Assembly: GCA_051313645.2 (NCBI GenBank)
Contig: JBNRSN020000005.1
Location: forward strand, 148,738,001-148,802,000
DNA from: Centroscyllium fabricii
Taxonomy: Eukaryota
Length of the DNA stretch: 64,000 bases
Direction of reading: 5' to 3'
The notes under the pieces are model-generated. The model saw nothing but the letters and a program-made list of their open reading frames with translations, ran no database searches and was not told the DNA's origin. A program made the position numbers and the translations under genes. How positions within the stretch are numbered: position 1 is the stretch's first letter; every line of letters begins with the position of its first letter. Shown here piece after piece: positions 39,438-53,040 of the stretch.

Positions 39438-40372
39438 CCCGGCCCATTGTTACATTGACTGGCACTGCCACATGACCCCGCCATGTCCATTGTTATACTG
39501 ACTGGCACTGCCATATGACCCCACCATGCCCATTGTTATATTGACTGGCACTGCCATATGACCCCACCATGCCCATTGTTATATTGACTGGCACTGCCAT
39601 ATGACCCTGCCATGCCCATTGTTATATTGACTGGCACTGCCATATGACCCCACCATGCCCATTGTTACATTGACTGGCACTGCCATATGGCCCCACCATG
39701 CCCATTGTTATATTGACTGGCACTGCCATATGACCCCACCATGCCCATTGTTACATTGACTGGCACTGCCATATGACCCTGCCATGCCCATTGTTATATT
39801 GACTGGCACTGCCATATGACCCCACCATGCCCATTGTTACATTGACTGGCACTGCCATATGGCCCCACCATGCCCATTGTTATATTGACTGGCACTGCCA
39901 TATGACCCTGCCATGCCCATTGTTACATTGACTGGCACTGCCATATGACCCTGCCATGCCCATTGTTATATTGACTGGCACTGCCATATGACCTCACCAT
40001 GCCCATTGTTATATTGACTGGCACTGCCATATGACCCCGCCATGCCCATTGTTATATTGACTGGCACTGCCATATGACCCTGCCATGCCCATTGTTACAT
40101 TGACTGGCACTGCCATATGACCCTGCCATGCCCATTGTTATATTGACTGGCACTGCCATATGACCTCACCATGCCCATTGTTATATTGACTGGCACTGCC
40201 ATATGACCCCGCCATGCCCATTGTTATATTGACTGGCACTGCCATATGACCCCGCCCTGCCCATTGTTACTTGGACTGCCAATGTCACTTGACCCCACCC
40301 TACCATTGGTACATTGGCTGGCACTGCCACATGGCTCACCCTGCCCATTGTCACATTGACTGGCACTGCCAT
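39438..40372. repeat. 43-bp minisatellite (~21-22 copies) in meis1 intron 6
   Basis: Unit ccatgcccattgtta(t/c)attgactggcactgccatatgacc(cca/ctg); period 43 (39481, 39524, 39567); degenerate at both edges. Confidence 0.95.
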
Positions 40373-43299
40373 GTGCCCCTGGGCCCTGCCCGCATGGGAC
40401 GGGGCTGAGCCACCAGCTGATTGTGGTGCTCGTGTCTGCGGGCTGGGCTCCTCCGCTATTTCGCCGGGTCCAATTGTGTCTCAGCGTCATTCTCAAGCTT
40501 TTCTCGGGATTGTTGCAGTTTCCCGCCCTCCCGGTGTCATTTCACACTTGTACCCGAGCAGCCAGCTGCTGCTGGCGGACAGTTTCTCACTGAAGTTACT
40601 GCCCTTATGTTGTGTTTTTTAAAATAAAAGCAGGCAGTTTTTTCAGAGAGAAGATTCTCGATATTGCCAATTGCCGTGTTGCATGTAACCTTCCTGCCAA
40701 AGGTATTTTCTGTTTCTCGGGTCATGCTCAGAAAATAATCGCAAAGTTACCAGGCAGAATATATTTAAGTAGGCCTTGCTCTGTGATGTCAGTTATTAAA
40801 ATGTTTTAACTATTAGCATTATGTTGTGATTTTGTACATAAGTTGGGTTTGAATAATACGGGAGATAATTCCATCTAGTAGTTCCATGATGTAATCCACA
40901 AGACTACGATTCACATGGCATAAGAAGGGCAGCAGCAATTTTGAGACTATATTTGTCCCATTAATTTATCTTTTACTTTATATATAAACTTTCTGGTTTT
41001 TCGATTTTTGCCTTATATGGCAAACAAGCTGGGCTTTGTAGAGGTGGTGTGGTGTAATGGAGAGGGCAGTAAAGATGGAATGATCATGGAATTGAAGCTG
41101 TATGGAATCACACGTCTCCAACTATAGCTTTTATCCCAGAAATGGAATATTAGGAAGTAAAATATCAGCATAATGTCTTTAATATCGAATACTCGATATT
41201 ATTTCAACAATGAGGACAATCCAATAATTCACAAATGGAATTAAATGTCCCCCACAGCAATTTTTTTTATATGATGCATAACTTTAGAGATATAGATTAA
41301 TTACAATCGTGATAAACTTTTTTACTTAGCACTTAAAATTCCTCCTTGTGTTTTATGAATTGCAGTTTCAGCTTTGTCCAGAGACAACCAGCCACTGCTA
41401 AAGGCTAAATCCAGAAGGCCTGCTTTAGTCCAATTAATATTTGTTTCATCAGCGAGTTACAGAACATGTATGGATCTGTAGCTTCCAGACTTTGTGTAAG
41501 ACCCCCAAGCTTAGAAACTGCTACAAAAATACCTCAATGAGCCAAGTTTATAGCAGCCCCTCCTGTATGTTTGGAAGTAAAATGCAAAATAATCCTTGTA
41601 AAAATATATCATCTCAAATTATATCAAATAATTCCAAACAGTTCTTAGCTATCTGTGCTGTATAATGTACAATTCTGTTTCCAATGTGAAGTGTATTCTG
41701 AATGAACACATGCTTCTGTGTTGTATGGTCTGTTCTTTTCTTGATTGGCTTTTTATAGTATTATTTCATAAAATTCACAGTCAAATCGAGTTGCAAGAAA
41801 CTGTGACAAACCTTTCATTGTAAGAAACTTCTCCCATTATAGCTGGTAGAGCTGCAGAGATCTCAATTAAATCTCTGCTTATGTCTTGCTCCACACATTT
41901 TTTTAAAATATGGAGCTTAACTATAAAATTAATGTACATTGCTCAAACAATAAAAAATAATTATTTCCTCCAAGGATTAAAAGTTATGAAAATTGTTTGT
42001 AGCATTTTTATCTGTCTCTCTACCTTGAGGGACCTTACATTGTATAATTTGTGGAGTTTGTACAGGAGACTACATTAAAGGCGTTATATAAATACATGTT
42101 GTTGTTGATCATTAACTGGAATAGTCATAATTCAAATATAAATACATCTTGTTTTAAAATTTGTTTCTTTAAGCAATTTTATTTAACTTTTGATATTATT
42201 TTGAGAAATAATAGTTAAAAAGAATAGTATTATGACATATCAGATGGTAAATATTAGTGTACTGTAGTTTCAGATTGCAACAGACAATTTTCTAGAGAAA
42301 GCAAGATGTACGATGGTTTGCGAAGCGTTTAAAGCTGTTACTTTAGCAACATGTTTATGTTCTAGATAGAGGATACCACATGAGTCCTCATGTGATACCA
42401 TACTTAAACAGTGAGTGGACCTGGCTATATAAGTCACAAAGGTGTTGCATCTGGCAGATACAGAGTTTAACATGGTACTCTATTTGTAGAATGTTAATTG
42501 TTAAAAGTTTGAAATAAAAATAATAATGAATGAAATAAATTCTGGACCTACATTATATTTCTGCACTATGTCTTGGAAAAACCTAGTTGTATGTAGTGAT
42601 TCAGCTGGCATATTGATGGTTGGGATTGGGTCTTCTAGATGCATGGATATTTCAGAGGGTTATTTTTTATATTTATGATGTGTTTGAACACAATATCACC
42701 ATGTTTGAATATGTTTTAGAATTTTTGGGCTGGTTGGTGGTGTTTTTCAGTTTAATTGATACATTCCTTTTGCTGAAGTATGACTGGAGGAGAATAGGCT
42801 GAAGTGTGACACCAGGTCACATGGTGCAGCTCGTGCCAATGGAAAGTATTTTGATGAAAAAATGGTGTTACGCTGGTAACTTTAAAACACTGTGGAGATC
42901 ACAGCCACTGTATAAATGATGTTAGTTCATTTTACATCTCCGTGCCATTATTATTTAATTTGATACAAAACTTATTTGTCTAGTTTTTCTGTTTTTGTTT
43001 ACGTATGCAGTACTTCATAGCAGTGAACCTATTCCAAGTCTTTTCATTCACATTCACACACTTTCTGTGTGTGTGCCACATCTCAATATTCATTTTCATG
43101 CTCGTTTGGTTTTCCGTTTTCTGTTGTGATCTGATAATTTTCTGAGTTGCACGTACACTTGTTTTTCACATGGTAGTTGCTGCTTTGTGACACAGCCCCA
43201 AAGCCTCTGCTTCATTCTTTATGTTAAACGTTCATGTGCAGGTAACAAAATGAAGAAATTTCAACAGATATTTGTAAGGCAAAGTGTGCAGTTCATATC

Positions 43300-43665
43300 A
43301 GTTTGTTATCCAGCGTGGGCTGTTCCTACCTGTGCTGTTTGTTAGCCAGTGTGGGCTGTTCCTACTTGTGCTGTTTGTTAGCCAGTGTGGGCTGTTCCTA
43401 CTTGTGCTGTTTGTTAGCCAGTGTGGGCTGTTCCTACTTGTGCTGTTTGTTAGCCAGTGTGGGCTGTTCCTACCTGTGCTGTTTGTTAGCCAGTGTGGGC
43501 TGTTCCTACCTGTGCTGTTTGTTAGCCAGTGTGGGCTGTTCCTACCTGTGCTGTTTGTTAGCCAGTGTGGGCTGTTCCTACCTGTGCTGTTTGTTAGCCA
43601 GTGTGGGCTGTTCCTACCTGTGCTGTTTGTTAGCCAGTGTGGGCTGTTCCTACCTGTGCTGTTTG
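43300..43665. repeat. 36-bp minisatellite (~10 copies)
   Basis: Unit gtgggctgttcctac(c/t)tgtgctgtttgttagccagt; period 36 (43315 to 43351). Confidence 0.95.
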
Positions 43666-45554
43666 CAGTTGCTTGTCTACTTTCTGAATTGAAATCATTT
43701 TGCCATCACTACCACAGTTTGTACTGGCTGAAAAGCTCAGGCCGCAACTTCTTATTAATAATCTTTGTCAACACAAGTGTTTTTGTGACAGATTGTGAAG
43801 GATAACAAAATGAAATATAAAAAATATCTAACAACTCAAAGAAATAGGTGTAACTTAAATTAAAATAAGCTGTGCCAATCTTTTTAAATTAGACATTTTA
43901 CATTTAAGTTACTGTTATACTAGCCAATTTAGTTTTTAATTTAAAATCTATCTGGGAAATAAAATAGAATGAATGAAATGTTCTGACACAACACATTCAT
44001 ACATGCTTTTATCCAAATGTGCATAATTGTGTCTTTAATTTTGTGTTTATTTATTACAAATGAAATAACTTTAAAAGCAAAATGTACATTTTGCCAGGTA
44101 GCTTGTCTCACAGCTCTTTGTATGGCTCTGTATTGAATGATATATGCCTTATTGTTTGACTGATATTGTATTTTTGTTCAATTGTCATTGTGGTCCATGG
44201 AGGTTTTACCTGTGGTTATTCACTGTCAGGAAACTAAATAAGTTAGGAGGAGTCGATGGTCGTACAAATTGTATGTGGTCTATTGAAAGAAGCAGCCTCA
44301 ATGGGATAAACAGCCATTTCTCATTTCAGGCATTCTTATGTTTTAAACTGAGTACAGAATTGTACCTTACTAAATTAAAGCTATTGATCCAAAATCAGTA
44401 ACCTTTATTTTACGTTATATTTTCCTGTATAAGCTTTAGTTATCTATTGGGTCACCGATACCTCTGTATTTGAGTTCTTGCTTTCAAAGGTTGAGCCATT
44501 GGCTCCTTAACTTGCAACAAGCTGGAACCCAAAAATAGTAAACCTGGATCCTAAAAGTTTACTTTTGCAACTAAATGCTTTCAGAAAATGTTCTTTGTTT
44601 GAGTCAAAATGAGAGAGGAATGGAATCATTGTGTATTTATTAATCTGACTTGTGTAGTAAGCAATCTACTAAATTCTATCTCTTCTGCCATAAAAAATAT
44701 TGAGGGAACAAAGCACAATATTTTAGTACCCTGTATGTCTTAAATTTTATAATGGAGTGTCAATAAATTGCAATATTTTTGAATGAAAGGTAAAATAGAG
44801 AAACTGTCTTGATGTGTAATTACCTATGAAGTATTGCTTTGTGTTTTATAGAATTTGCTCTCTGAAGCATTGTCCAGAAAACCCAGTTTGCACAATGTTT
44901 CTACATTTGTCACACATTGCAGAAGGTTGCACACAGCACAATGCTTCACGGTACACTGATCACATCTGGTTATTATCAGGTACATGTTGAAAATACTGGG
45001 CGATAATTAAAATAACAGAAAGAAAAAAAACAATTTATGTTGTATATGTAAAGCTTACATAGCAGCATAGGACAAAAAAAATAGCTTCAGGCTGCCTTTT
45101 GGAAAGTAATCTGCCCTAGAGAGCACAACATCCTAGAGCAGAGCTTTGACTAGGTCTAAGAGGGCTTGCTTCTAATAACCCAAACCTCCTTTCTTAATAT
45201 CCTGCTTTCGTCCAGTACAGTGTTTAAAAGCTTGTGTAAAATTTGTCTAATTTGGTAACAGAAATACCAGTATATGGCATTCTCGCACGTTTCTGAGCTG
45301 ACAACAACATAGCAGCTGGACAAAATCATAGTAGCTTTTATGGCTAAACAAACATCCCATTAGAATTATTACCACCAGTCAGTTACTAGTTAAAGATCTT
45401 AATCAGTATGTCTATAGCTTGTGCCTATCTACACTGCATACTCCAATATGACAGAGCTTTCTCTACAGAATAGAAACACATTCATAAATACTATTTCTTT
45501 AACTCTTATACATCAAGGGGTTACTTTATTCAGCAGGAATTCTATTTGGTTTGT

Positions 45555-45797
45555 ATAGAAACATAGAAGATAGGAGCAGGAGTAGGCCATTCGGCCCTTC
45601 GAGCCTGCTCCGCCATTCAACGAGATCATGGCTGATCATCCAAACCCAGCACCCTGTCCCTGCCCTCCCCCCACATCCCTATCGAGCCTGCACCGACACA
45701 TATCCCACCCTATCCCCGTAACCCCACATATTCAATCCCTCTAACACTAAGGGTCAATTTATCATGGCCAATCAACCTAACCCGCACATCTTTGGAC
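45555..45797 (-). mobile_element. HE1/V-SINE-like SINE, 5'-truncated
   Basis: Matches about 19657-19908. Confidence 0.85.
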
Positions 45798-46176
45798 AGC
45801 TGTTAACAATGTACAAATTAAAAAGGTTATGAATCAGTGGTGCTGTAGTTATGAGCAGTGATTTTGATTTTTAACCATGCTGGTAGTAGATGTGAATTGT
45901 ATTACACAATTATAGTTGGCCAGGAAACTGGAACCACACGGTTGTATAGACCTTATTTGTACAGACTGAAGTTAAAGCGAAGAGTGGTATTTATTTATAG
46001 AGAACAGTTGTTTGAAAGGAGTTCTGTGCACGAGCTGTGGCAATTGTATTTGGCCATATAAAGTGATGGGCCTAGATTTATAATGTTAAACTGATATCTG
46101 TAGGGTTGCTTCTTATATTTGAAAAATTTTGAGAGGGAACCGTTGTATTCATTTGTATGCAGAAGAATAGAAATAA

Positions 46177-46634
46177 AAAAGAAAGACTTGTATTTATATA
46201 ACGCCATTCACGATTTCAGGATGTCCCAATGAAGTATGTTTGAAGTGGAGTCACTGTTGTAATGTAGGAAACACAGCAGCCAATTTGCGCACAGAAAGCT
46301 CCCACAAACAGCAATGTGATAATGACCAGATAATCTGTTTTTAGTGATGTTGATTGAGGGATAAATATTGGCCAGGACACTGGGGATAACTCGCCTGCTC
46401 TTCTTCGAAATAGTGCCTTGGGATCGTTTACATCCACTTGAGAGAGCAGACAGGGCCTCACTTTAGTGTCTCATCTGAAAGACAGCATCTCCGACAGTGC
46501 AGCACTCCCTCAGTGCTACACTGGAGTGTCAGCCTAGATTTTTGTGCTCAGGTCTCTGGAGTGGGACAGAGGCGAGAGTGCTACCCACTTCTGAGTCAGA
46601 GGCGAGAGTGCTACCCACTGCGCCACGGCTGACA
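46177..46634 (-). mobile_element. DeuSINE-like SINE (SacSINE1/AmnSINE1-related domain, L2-type tail)
   Basis: Minus strand gatgagacactaaagtgaggccc...gatcccaaggcactatttcgaagaagagcagg...gtgtcctggccaatatttatccctcaa, a Deu-domain-like core; tail shared with L2 copies. Confidence 0.75.
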
Positions 46635-47989
46635 GTTTACGGTGTAAACCATCTTGCACGGTTTGTAACTCTTGTTAATTAATATTGTAAGATGTTTTAT
46701 TTGTATTTTAATGTTCATTGTTGTAGTTTTACTTATTTTGACCTAGGGAATTGAATATATATGGAAAATGATGAAATGTCATCAGACAAGTGTACATAAA
46801 AGTGATCTAGTTTTTCAAATGCTGTTCTAAGACGGTTGACATAGTCTAATCACAAAATAAACACACCATATTTTTACCATGTCATTTATTATCTGTGATT
46901 GTTTGTTGGTTGACAATAGCAATTAAAATAAGTTGAGACTCATTTTTACCACTTTCTGGCCAACCATGGTAGTAATATGTCAATTTCATGGTGAATAACT
47001 CCCAACTCAGAATATTCGATCCGAAATTTGAATTAGAACTAAAGTGTCCAGCTATCCAAAAAATAACTTGGCATATACACTCTGTTAGCTTATAACTAGT
47101 TTGTAAAGTGTAGCATTATGATTTGTTTCTGATACATACTAATTAAAAGCATTCTATGAAATATAAAGTGTTTGGCAAAATTTATAGCAAGAAGAAAATA
47201 AAGTACAGGAAATTTTAGGGAGCAATAGGAACATTTTTCTTCTAATGTTTACATCATCACCGAACCCATTTTGTTTTTTCAATATAAGCCCAGTACAGCT
47301 ATGGGTAGATTAACATAGAATGTCCTTTGCAAAACAATAGTGCCTCTCACTAAATCAATAGTCACTTTCCAAAGTATACTATAATTAAACTCTGTGTGGC
47401 AATTACTTTATTTCTCTGTTTTGCAAAATGTTATTTTGTTCCCTTTTGGTTTTTAGAATACTTGGTTAATGATGGAAATTTGGTGTGAGTAACGGCAGTG
47501 CATTGGTAACAAATGAAAGGGACAGCAGATGCAATATGACACGTATCAATGTGTAAATGTTGAAATCAAATCAGGAAAAATACAATAGATCTAAAACTTT
47601 TCTCATTACTGGACATGTTCGTGAAATGGCTGTAGATGATTCATGGGGTGTGGGTGTTATTTTAAGCTTCATATAATAAACCTTCATTGTGCCATATGAT
47701 ATTGAACTGCATTATCAGTCAAAGCATGTTACCCTTTGGTTAATGGAAGTTTAAGAGGGGCACCTGAATGCATGTGGTACCTGTAGGATTATTATGTTAC
47801 ATGTTTTGGGGACCAGTGTCATTGGGTGGTAAGGGTGATAAAAGACATTCTTAATGTTTTATTTGCAGTATATATATATATTTTAAGTTAACAACTTGAT
47901 ACAGTTCAGTCCAAATAAATGTTAGGATTGCTCAATAAGACCCACTTTCTGCTCCCTCAATTATCTCTCCTTCCAACTTCTGATCATTC

Positions 47990-49055
47990 TACTGTCTGCC
48001 CTTGCCCAAAGCACACTGAGGTTGTTATTGGCTCCCTTTGCCCAGGCATTGTTTCCATTTCAAACCTGCCATCGTCATCCTTCCTCGAAAAACCCCCCAA
48101 ACACTGAGCCCTCCATACTCTCCAAACAGTGGTCGATATCTAACATGCCTTTCCTTTCTAAGCCCTTCAGCCCATTATTGCGTGTACAACAATAATTCTC
48201 TGTTTGAATCCCTTCTGCCCACAGCACTGACACTGCCCTGGTCAAAATCACTAGTGGCAACCTTTGTGACTCTTATCATGGTGCATTATCCCATCTTGTC
48301 TTCCTTGACATTTTTGTGGCGTTCAACATGGTCATTCACTCCATCCTCATCCATTGCCTTTCCTCAATGGTACATCCATGAGATTGCCATTGCTTGTTTC
48401 TACTCCTACTTGTCCCAAAATAGCCAGCTTACCTCACCAATGGCTTATCCTTCTGCACCCAAATTGTCATCTCTGGTGAACCTCAACGTTCCATCAATGG
48501 CTATCACATTTTCATTTCGCTGTTTCCCCTTGCCGACGTTATCTGTAGGTACAATGGCAGTTTCCACCTATATGCTGATGACACCCAGCAGTCCACCGCC
48601 CTTGATTCCATGGCCATCTCTGTATTATCTGACATGACAGTTCTTGCTAGAAACTCAATACCCTTATCTCTGACTTTAGACGCCCCCAACCACCCTCCCC
48701 CTCCCACCCCGGCTAAACCTCAATATCTTGTTCATCTCTGAATTACCTTAAGTCATAAGAACATAAGAAAGGAGTAGGCTATATGACCCCTCGAGCCTGC
48801 TCCGCCATTCAATAAGATCATAGCTGAATTTCTGCATCATCGCCACTTTCCCATCCTATCCCCTACCTTTTATCCTATCTGTCACTGAGACTATTTACTT
48901 CCACTTCTACAACATCGCGCGCCTCTGCCCTTACTTCATGTGTACTGCTGCCGAACGCCTAATGCAGCTTCTGTTACCTCCAGACTCGACTTCTCCAGAC
49001 CGCCGAACTCAGCTTCCAAGCTTCACCCTATATAAAGGTCAACTTCTCCAAACAT
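47990..49055 (+). mobile_element. Highly decayed L2-like RT region, with a CR1/SINE tail fragment at about 48755-48865
   Basis: Remnants cacagcactgacactgccctg (HSTDTAL) and tatgctgatgacacccag (YADDTQ). Confidence 0.6.
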
Positions 49056-49059
49056 GGCT

Positions 49060-49725
49060 ACCTCATGAGGTTCAGAATGAAGGAGCATAGATCAAAGATT
49101 AAATATAAAAGATTTGGGACAGGGAGCAGGAAAAATATTTTGACAGAGCAAAAAAAAAGACTTGCATTTATACAGCGCCTTTCAGGACTGCCAGACGTCC
49201 CAAAGCGCTTTACAGCCAATGAAGTACATTTTGAAATGTAGACATTGATTGAGGGATAAATATTGACCAGGGCACTGGGGAGAACACCTCTGCTCTTCTT
49301 CAAAATAGTGCCATAGGATCTTGTATGTCCACCTGAGAGTGCAGACGGGGCCCTGGTTTAACATCTCATCAGAAAGACGGCGCCTCCGACAGTGCAGCAC
49401 TGCACTGGAGCGTCAACCTAGATTTTTGTGCTCAAGTCTCTGGAGTGGGACTTGAACCCACAACCTTCTGATTCAGAGGCAAGAGAGCTTCCCATTGAGC
49501 CAATGCTGGTTGTGAGGCTGTGGAATGCACTACTAGAGTTAGTGACTGAAGCAGAGACCATGGCCACGTTTAAGAACAGGTTAGATAGGTGTTTGAAGGA
49601 AAGGGGGAATAATCGGATCTGGGAACGCGGCAGGTACATTGTTTTAGGACTACGGCTTCTGTGAAGGATAAAAAACCACAGGCTGGTTGGACCAAGTGCC
49701 CTTATTCCTTGTTATAATTTCTATG
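49060..49725 (+). mobile_element. CR1 3' fragment interrupted by a DeuSINE-like SINE (49150-49506, minus)
   Basis: VVRLWNAL...VTEAETMATFKNRLD after the SINE; SINE matches 46177-46634. Confidence 0.7.
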
Positions 49726-50341
49726 CACTAACTAATTCTCTTTCCGCATTAAGACACCTCCTCAAAATTTATCTTTTCGATCAAGCTTTCGATTATCTCT
49801 CCTAATTCTTCTACTGTTGTTTTGCATCCATTTTTCCTCCTTGAAGTACCATGAGAAACTTTCTATATTACAGGTGAATATGATAGTGAAATGCAAGTAA
49901 TTATAATAATAAGTAATAATGCTTTATTAATAATAAGCACAACAACATCCTGAGATGTGCTAAACAGTCAAGATATGGTTTTTCTGCATATTAGGGGAGA
50001 TTTGTCATTTTAAAGAATAATTTGCATTTGTATATGACCTCATAGCACTTCATAGACAATGAATTACGTAATCACTTTTATTGTGAAGGCAGAACAAGGC
50101 AACAATTTGGCATGCAGCAAAGTCCAACAAATAGCAATGAGGTAAATACCGTAACTACTTTGGTGGAGTTGGTTTGGGGGAAATGTTGGCTAGGACATCA
50201 GGACATTCAGGACAATTCCTTGCACTTCTTTAACATCCACCTGAACTAGTGGAACAGCTAAGCAGGAAATTGGTTTGACATCTCGGCTGAATGATAGCAG
50301 CTCTGACAATGCAGCATTCCCTCAGTACTGCACTTCAAGTA

Positions 50342-50988
50342 CAGGTACACAATCCTTTATCCGCAACTCCCAAAACCGAAAAGCTCCAAAAACCAAACTT
50401 TCAAAATGACCCGAGTTGCGCCAAACCTGACCCGTTTTGAAAGCTAATTTGAATCATACCGGTGTAGTAAGTATTACATTCCCATTCCATCCCTTGCACT
50501 GCTCGATAGGAAATGTAAAAACTGCGGGGTGAGCCCTCCCTCAGCTGAGCCCGGCAGTTCCCCCGAGTGCCGGGCTCGTTCTCCGGCTCTCGGTCCCTCA
50601 GCGGCCCCATGGGGCTCTGGCCGCAGCAGCGCTAGGCCCCCCCTTTAATGGGGGAGGACGGCCTGCCGTTCCGCGGGCCGCCGCTGCGGCCTCCCTCGCA
50701 CAGCGCTGCGCCCGAGCCCCGGTATCAATGGCCCACAATCTCTTTTTGAAAAAAGGTCTTCCACCTGAAACGTCAACTCTGCTCCTCTCTCCACCGATGC
50801 TGCCTGGCCTGCTGAGTTTCTCCAGCGTTTCCTGTTGTTAGCCCACAATCTCCTACCGTTTCAGAGGCGCAATCTACCGCCAACACGGCAATGCACATGC
50901 GCACTGGGCACCATCCCGAAAACCGAAATTATCCGAAAACCGAAGAGCGCCCCGTCCCGAGGTTTTCGGATAAAGGATTGTGTACCTG
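50342..50988. mobile_element. Tc1/mariner (pogo/Tigger-like) MITE
   Basis: Perfect 22-bp TIR CAGGTACACAATCCTTTATCCG, TA duplication (50340-50341, 50989-50990), subterminal aaaaccgaa repeats. Confidence 0.92.
50743..50840 (+). mobile_element. Short Penelope-type insertion with degenerate hammerhead motif and 12-bp TSD
   Basis: gcccacaatctc at 50731-50742 and 50841-50852; insert ttgaaaa a aggt cttcc acct GAAA cgtc...gatgctgcctggcctgctgagtttctccagc. Confidence 0.7.
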
Positions 50989-52049
50989 TATCAGTCTAAA
51001 TGATGTGCTTAAGTCCAGGCTGGAGATGAGCACATAGTGAGGCAGAGGATGTCTGTAAATGGATACTGTGTCACTCATAGGTGTTCTAAATGACTACAGC
51101 ATAAAATTCCTTGGGTCGGCATCCTGTCAGTTATGATGGGTTCACACCCAACAGTACCTTCCAGTACTGACTTTGCCATAGTTTGCAGGGGTAGTGGGTG
51201 CATCTCCCGTGCCTTTCTACCTATGACGGCTGGAAATCTCAGCTCCCACTCAGCTTTTGGGGAGAGGTGGGTTGCCCATGGTTTTCCCCTCAGTCACTGT
51301 GGCTATATTCTCCTGGGTCCCCTGTGCAAGGAGACTGATCTACAAAATTAAAAAAAACAATTCAACACTTAAGGGTCCCCTGTGGAGGCCAGTTAGACTT
51401 CATACATTCAGTGTACGGGGTACCACTATATTCAGGGTTTCCTTCCAGCCTCAGGAGTGGGAATGTACGGCCTAGAGGGTCCTTGCCCCTTAGCTCCACC
51501 CCCTGCCTGGCATTTGCCTTATAAGGGGTGGACAGAGGTTTCACCCTTTACAGCCAGGAACATTTTGGAAATGGTGGTGACCCAGACCCAAACTGTTTTC
51601 TTGGGGATTCCACTCACCTGCCCCTGGAATTACAGAGGGGGATTGACCGAACCCCCAAGAAATTTTGGCCCCTATTTTTTTTAACTTTGTGGGCCAAAGG
51701 ATAAATGTCCACTCGGGGCAGTTGTCCAGATTGCAAACGATTTAAGTTGATAGATCAAGTAGAAGCTATGTAGTTTAATGGGTGAATTAATCACCAAGCG
51801 ACGTACTGAGTCATTGAGGCACGGAAGGATCTAAATTCAATTAATGGCCCGTGCTCAAGGTAGCTAATCTCTGCTGAGCAATGAGGGTACTATCCTTAAC
51901 CTGAGTGCCCTGCATCAGGGAGGGGAAGAACTAGCCAGAGTTGTCACTCCTAATCACTGTGCAGTGACCACCACCAGAAAGAGCACATAACAGGATGTTT
52001 GGTGACGACAAACACCGGCTTGAAGATGTTGGCTTCCATGACAAAATAA

Positions 52050-52385
52050 ATGATAAGAGGCTGTTTCCCTGGGCTGGTGAGTCTAGAACCAGGGGTCACC
52101 GTCTCAGGATAAGGGGTCGGCCATTTAGGACTGAGATGAGGAGAAATTTCTTCACTCAGAGAGCTGTGAATCTTTGGAATTCTCTACCCCAGAGGGCTGT
52201 GGATGCTCAGTCATTGACTATATTCAAGGCAGAGATCGATAGATTTTTGGACACTAAGGGAATCAATGGGGGCTGTGTGGGAATGTGGATTTGAGGTAGA
52301 AGATCAGCCATGATCTCATTGAATGGCGGAGCAGGCTTGACGGGCCTAATAGCCTACTCCTGCTCCTATTTCTTATTTTCTTACG
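52050..52385 (+). mobile_element. CR1 LINE 3' end
   Basis: SRTRGHRLRIRGRPFRTEMRRNFFTQRAVNLWNSLP...FKAEIDRFL plus 3' UTR and (ttcttatt)n tail. Confidence 0.9.
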
Positions 52386-53040
52386 TAACCTAATCCATCT
52401 GGCGGGAATCGTGTCAGATGCCCCAATTTACACTCCGCATAATTTTACGCTTCAACGGGGTTAGGTTAAAATTGCCCCCATTGATTTGGCGAAGAGGAAG
52501 ATTTAAAAGTTATCAATCACAACAGTGAAAAGGTGCTTAACTCATTAAATCTCTGTGTTGATCACTCATGTGGCCTACTAAGTTTGTCCCTAGGTAGCAC
52601 CAGTGGATGGTAGCATAGCGAACTAGCAAGCTGCAGGCATAACAGTTCCTGTACCTGTATCTGTAATTAGCCCTGATAATTTGCATCATTACCAGGGATC
52701 TCCATCGCTGCGAATTTTTTGGACTCCGAGCACTGCACTGACTCGCACTTGTGCAGCAATAGGTAATGGCTCAGACATGAATGGCAACTAACTGCTTTTC
52801 TACCACTCTACATAAACTACTGGCGGAGGGCATCTTATCATGATGCCTACTGATCTCGGAACCTCTCATGGTTGCCTGTAACAATTCTTCAAGGAAGATG
52901 AGGCAGCCCATGTTAGAATTACAGCTTGGAATTTAGGACCCCCAAAACCTCTATAGCAACAGTGTGAGCATTCATGAGGGAAGATATACTGTGGCTTTGG
53001 CCTGTGTCACTAAAGTCTGCACTGCAAATACCACTGGTGT

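Larger units (their letters stand above)
50010..51020 (-). mobile_element. Old DeuSINE-like SINE interrupted by a MITE
   Basis: gcagcattccctcagtactgcacttcaagt | tcagtctaaatgatgtgcttaagtcc is continuous once 50342-50990 is removed (compare 46499-46560). Confidence 0.6.

Noticed and set aside
39438-43665. CRISPR-like arrays and repeat ORFs (43284-43805, 43303-43692)
   Set aside because: Head-to-tail units with no unique spacers, in a vertebrate intron with no cas genes; they are minisatellites.
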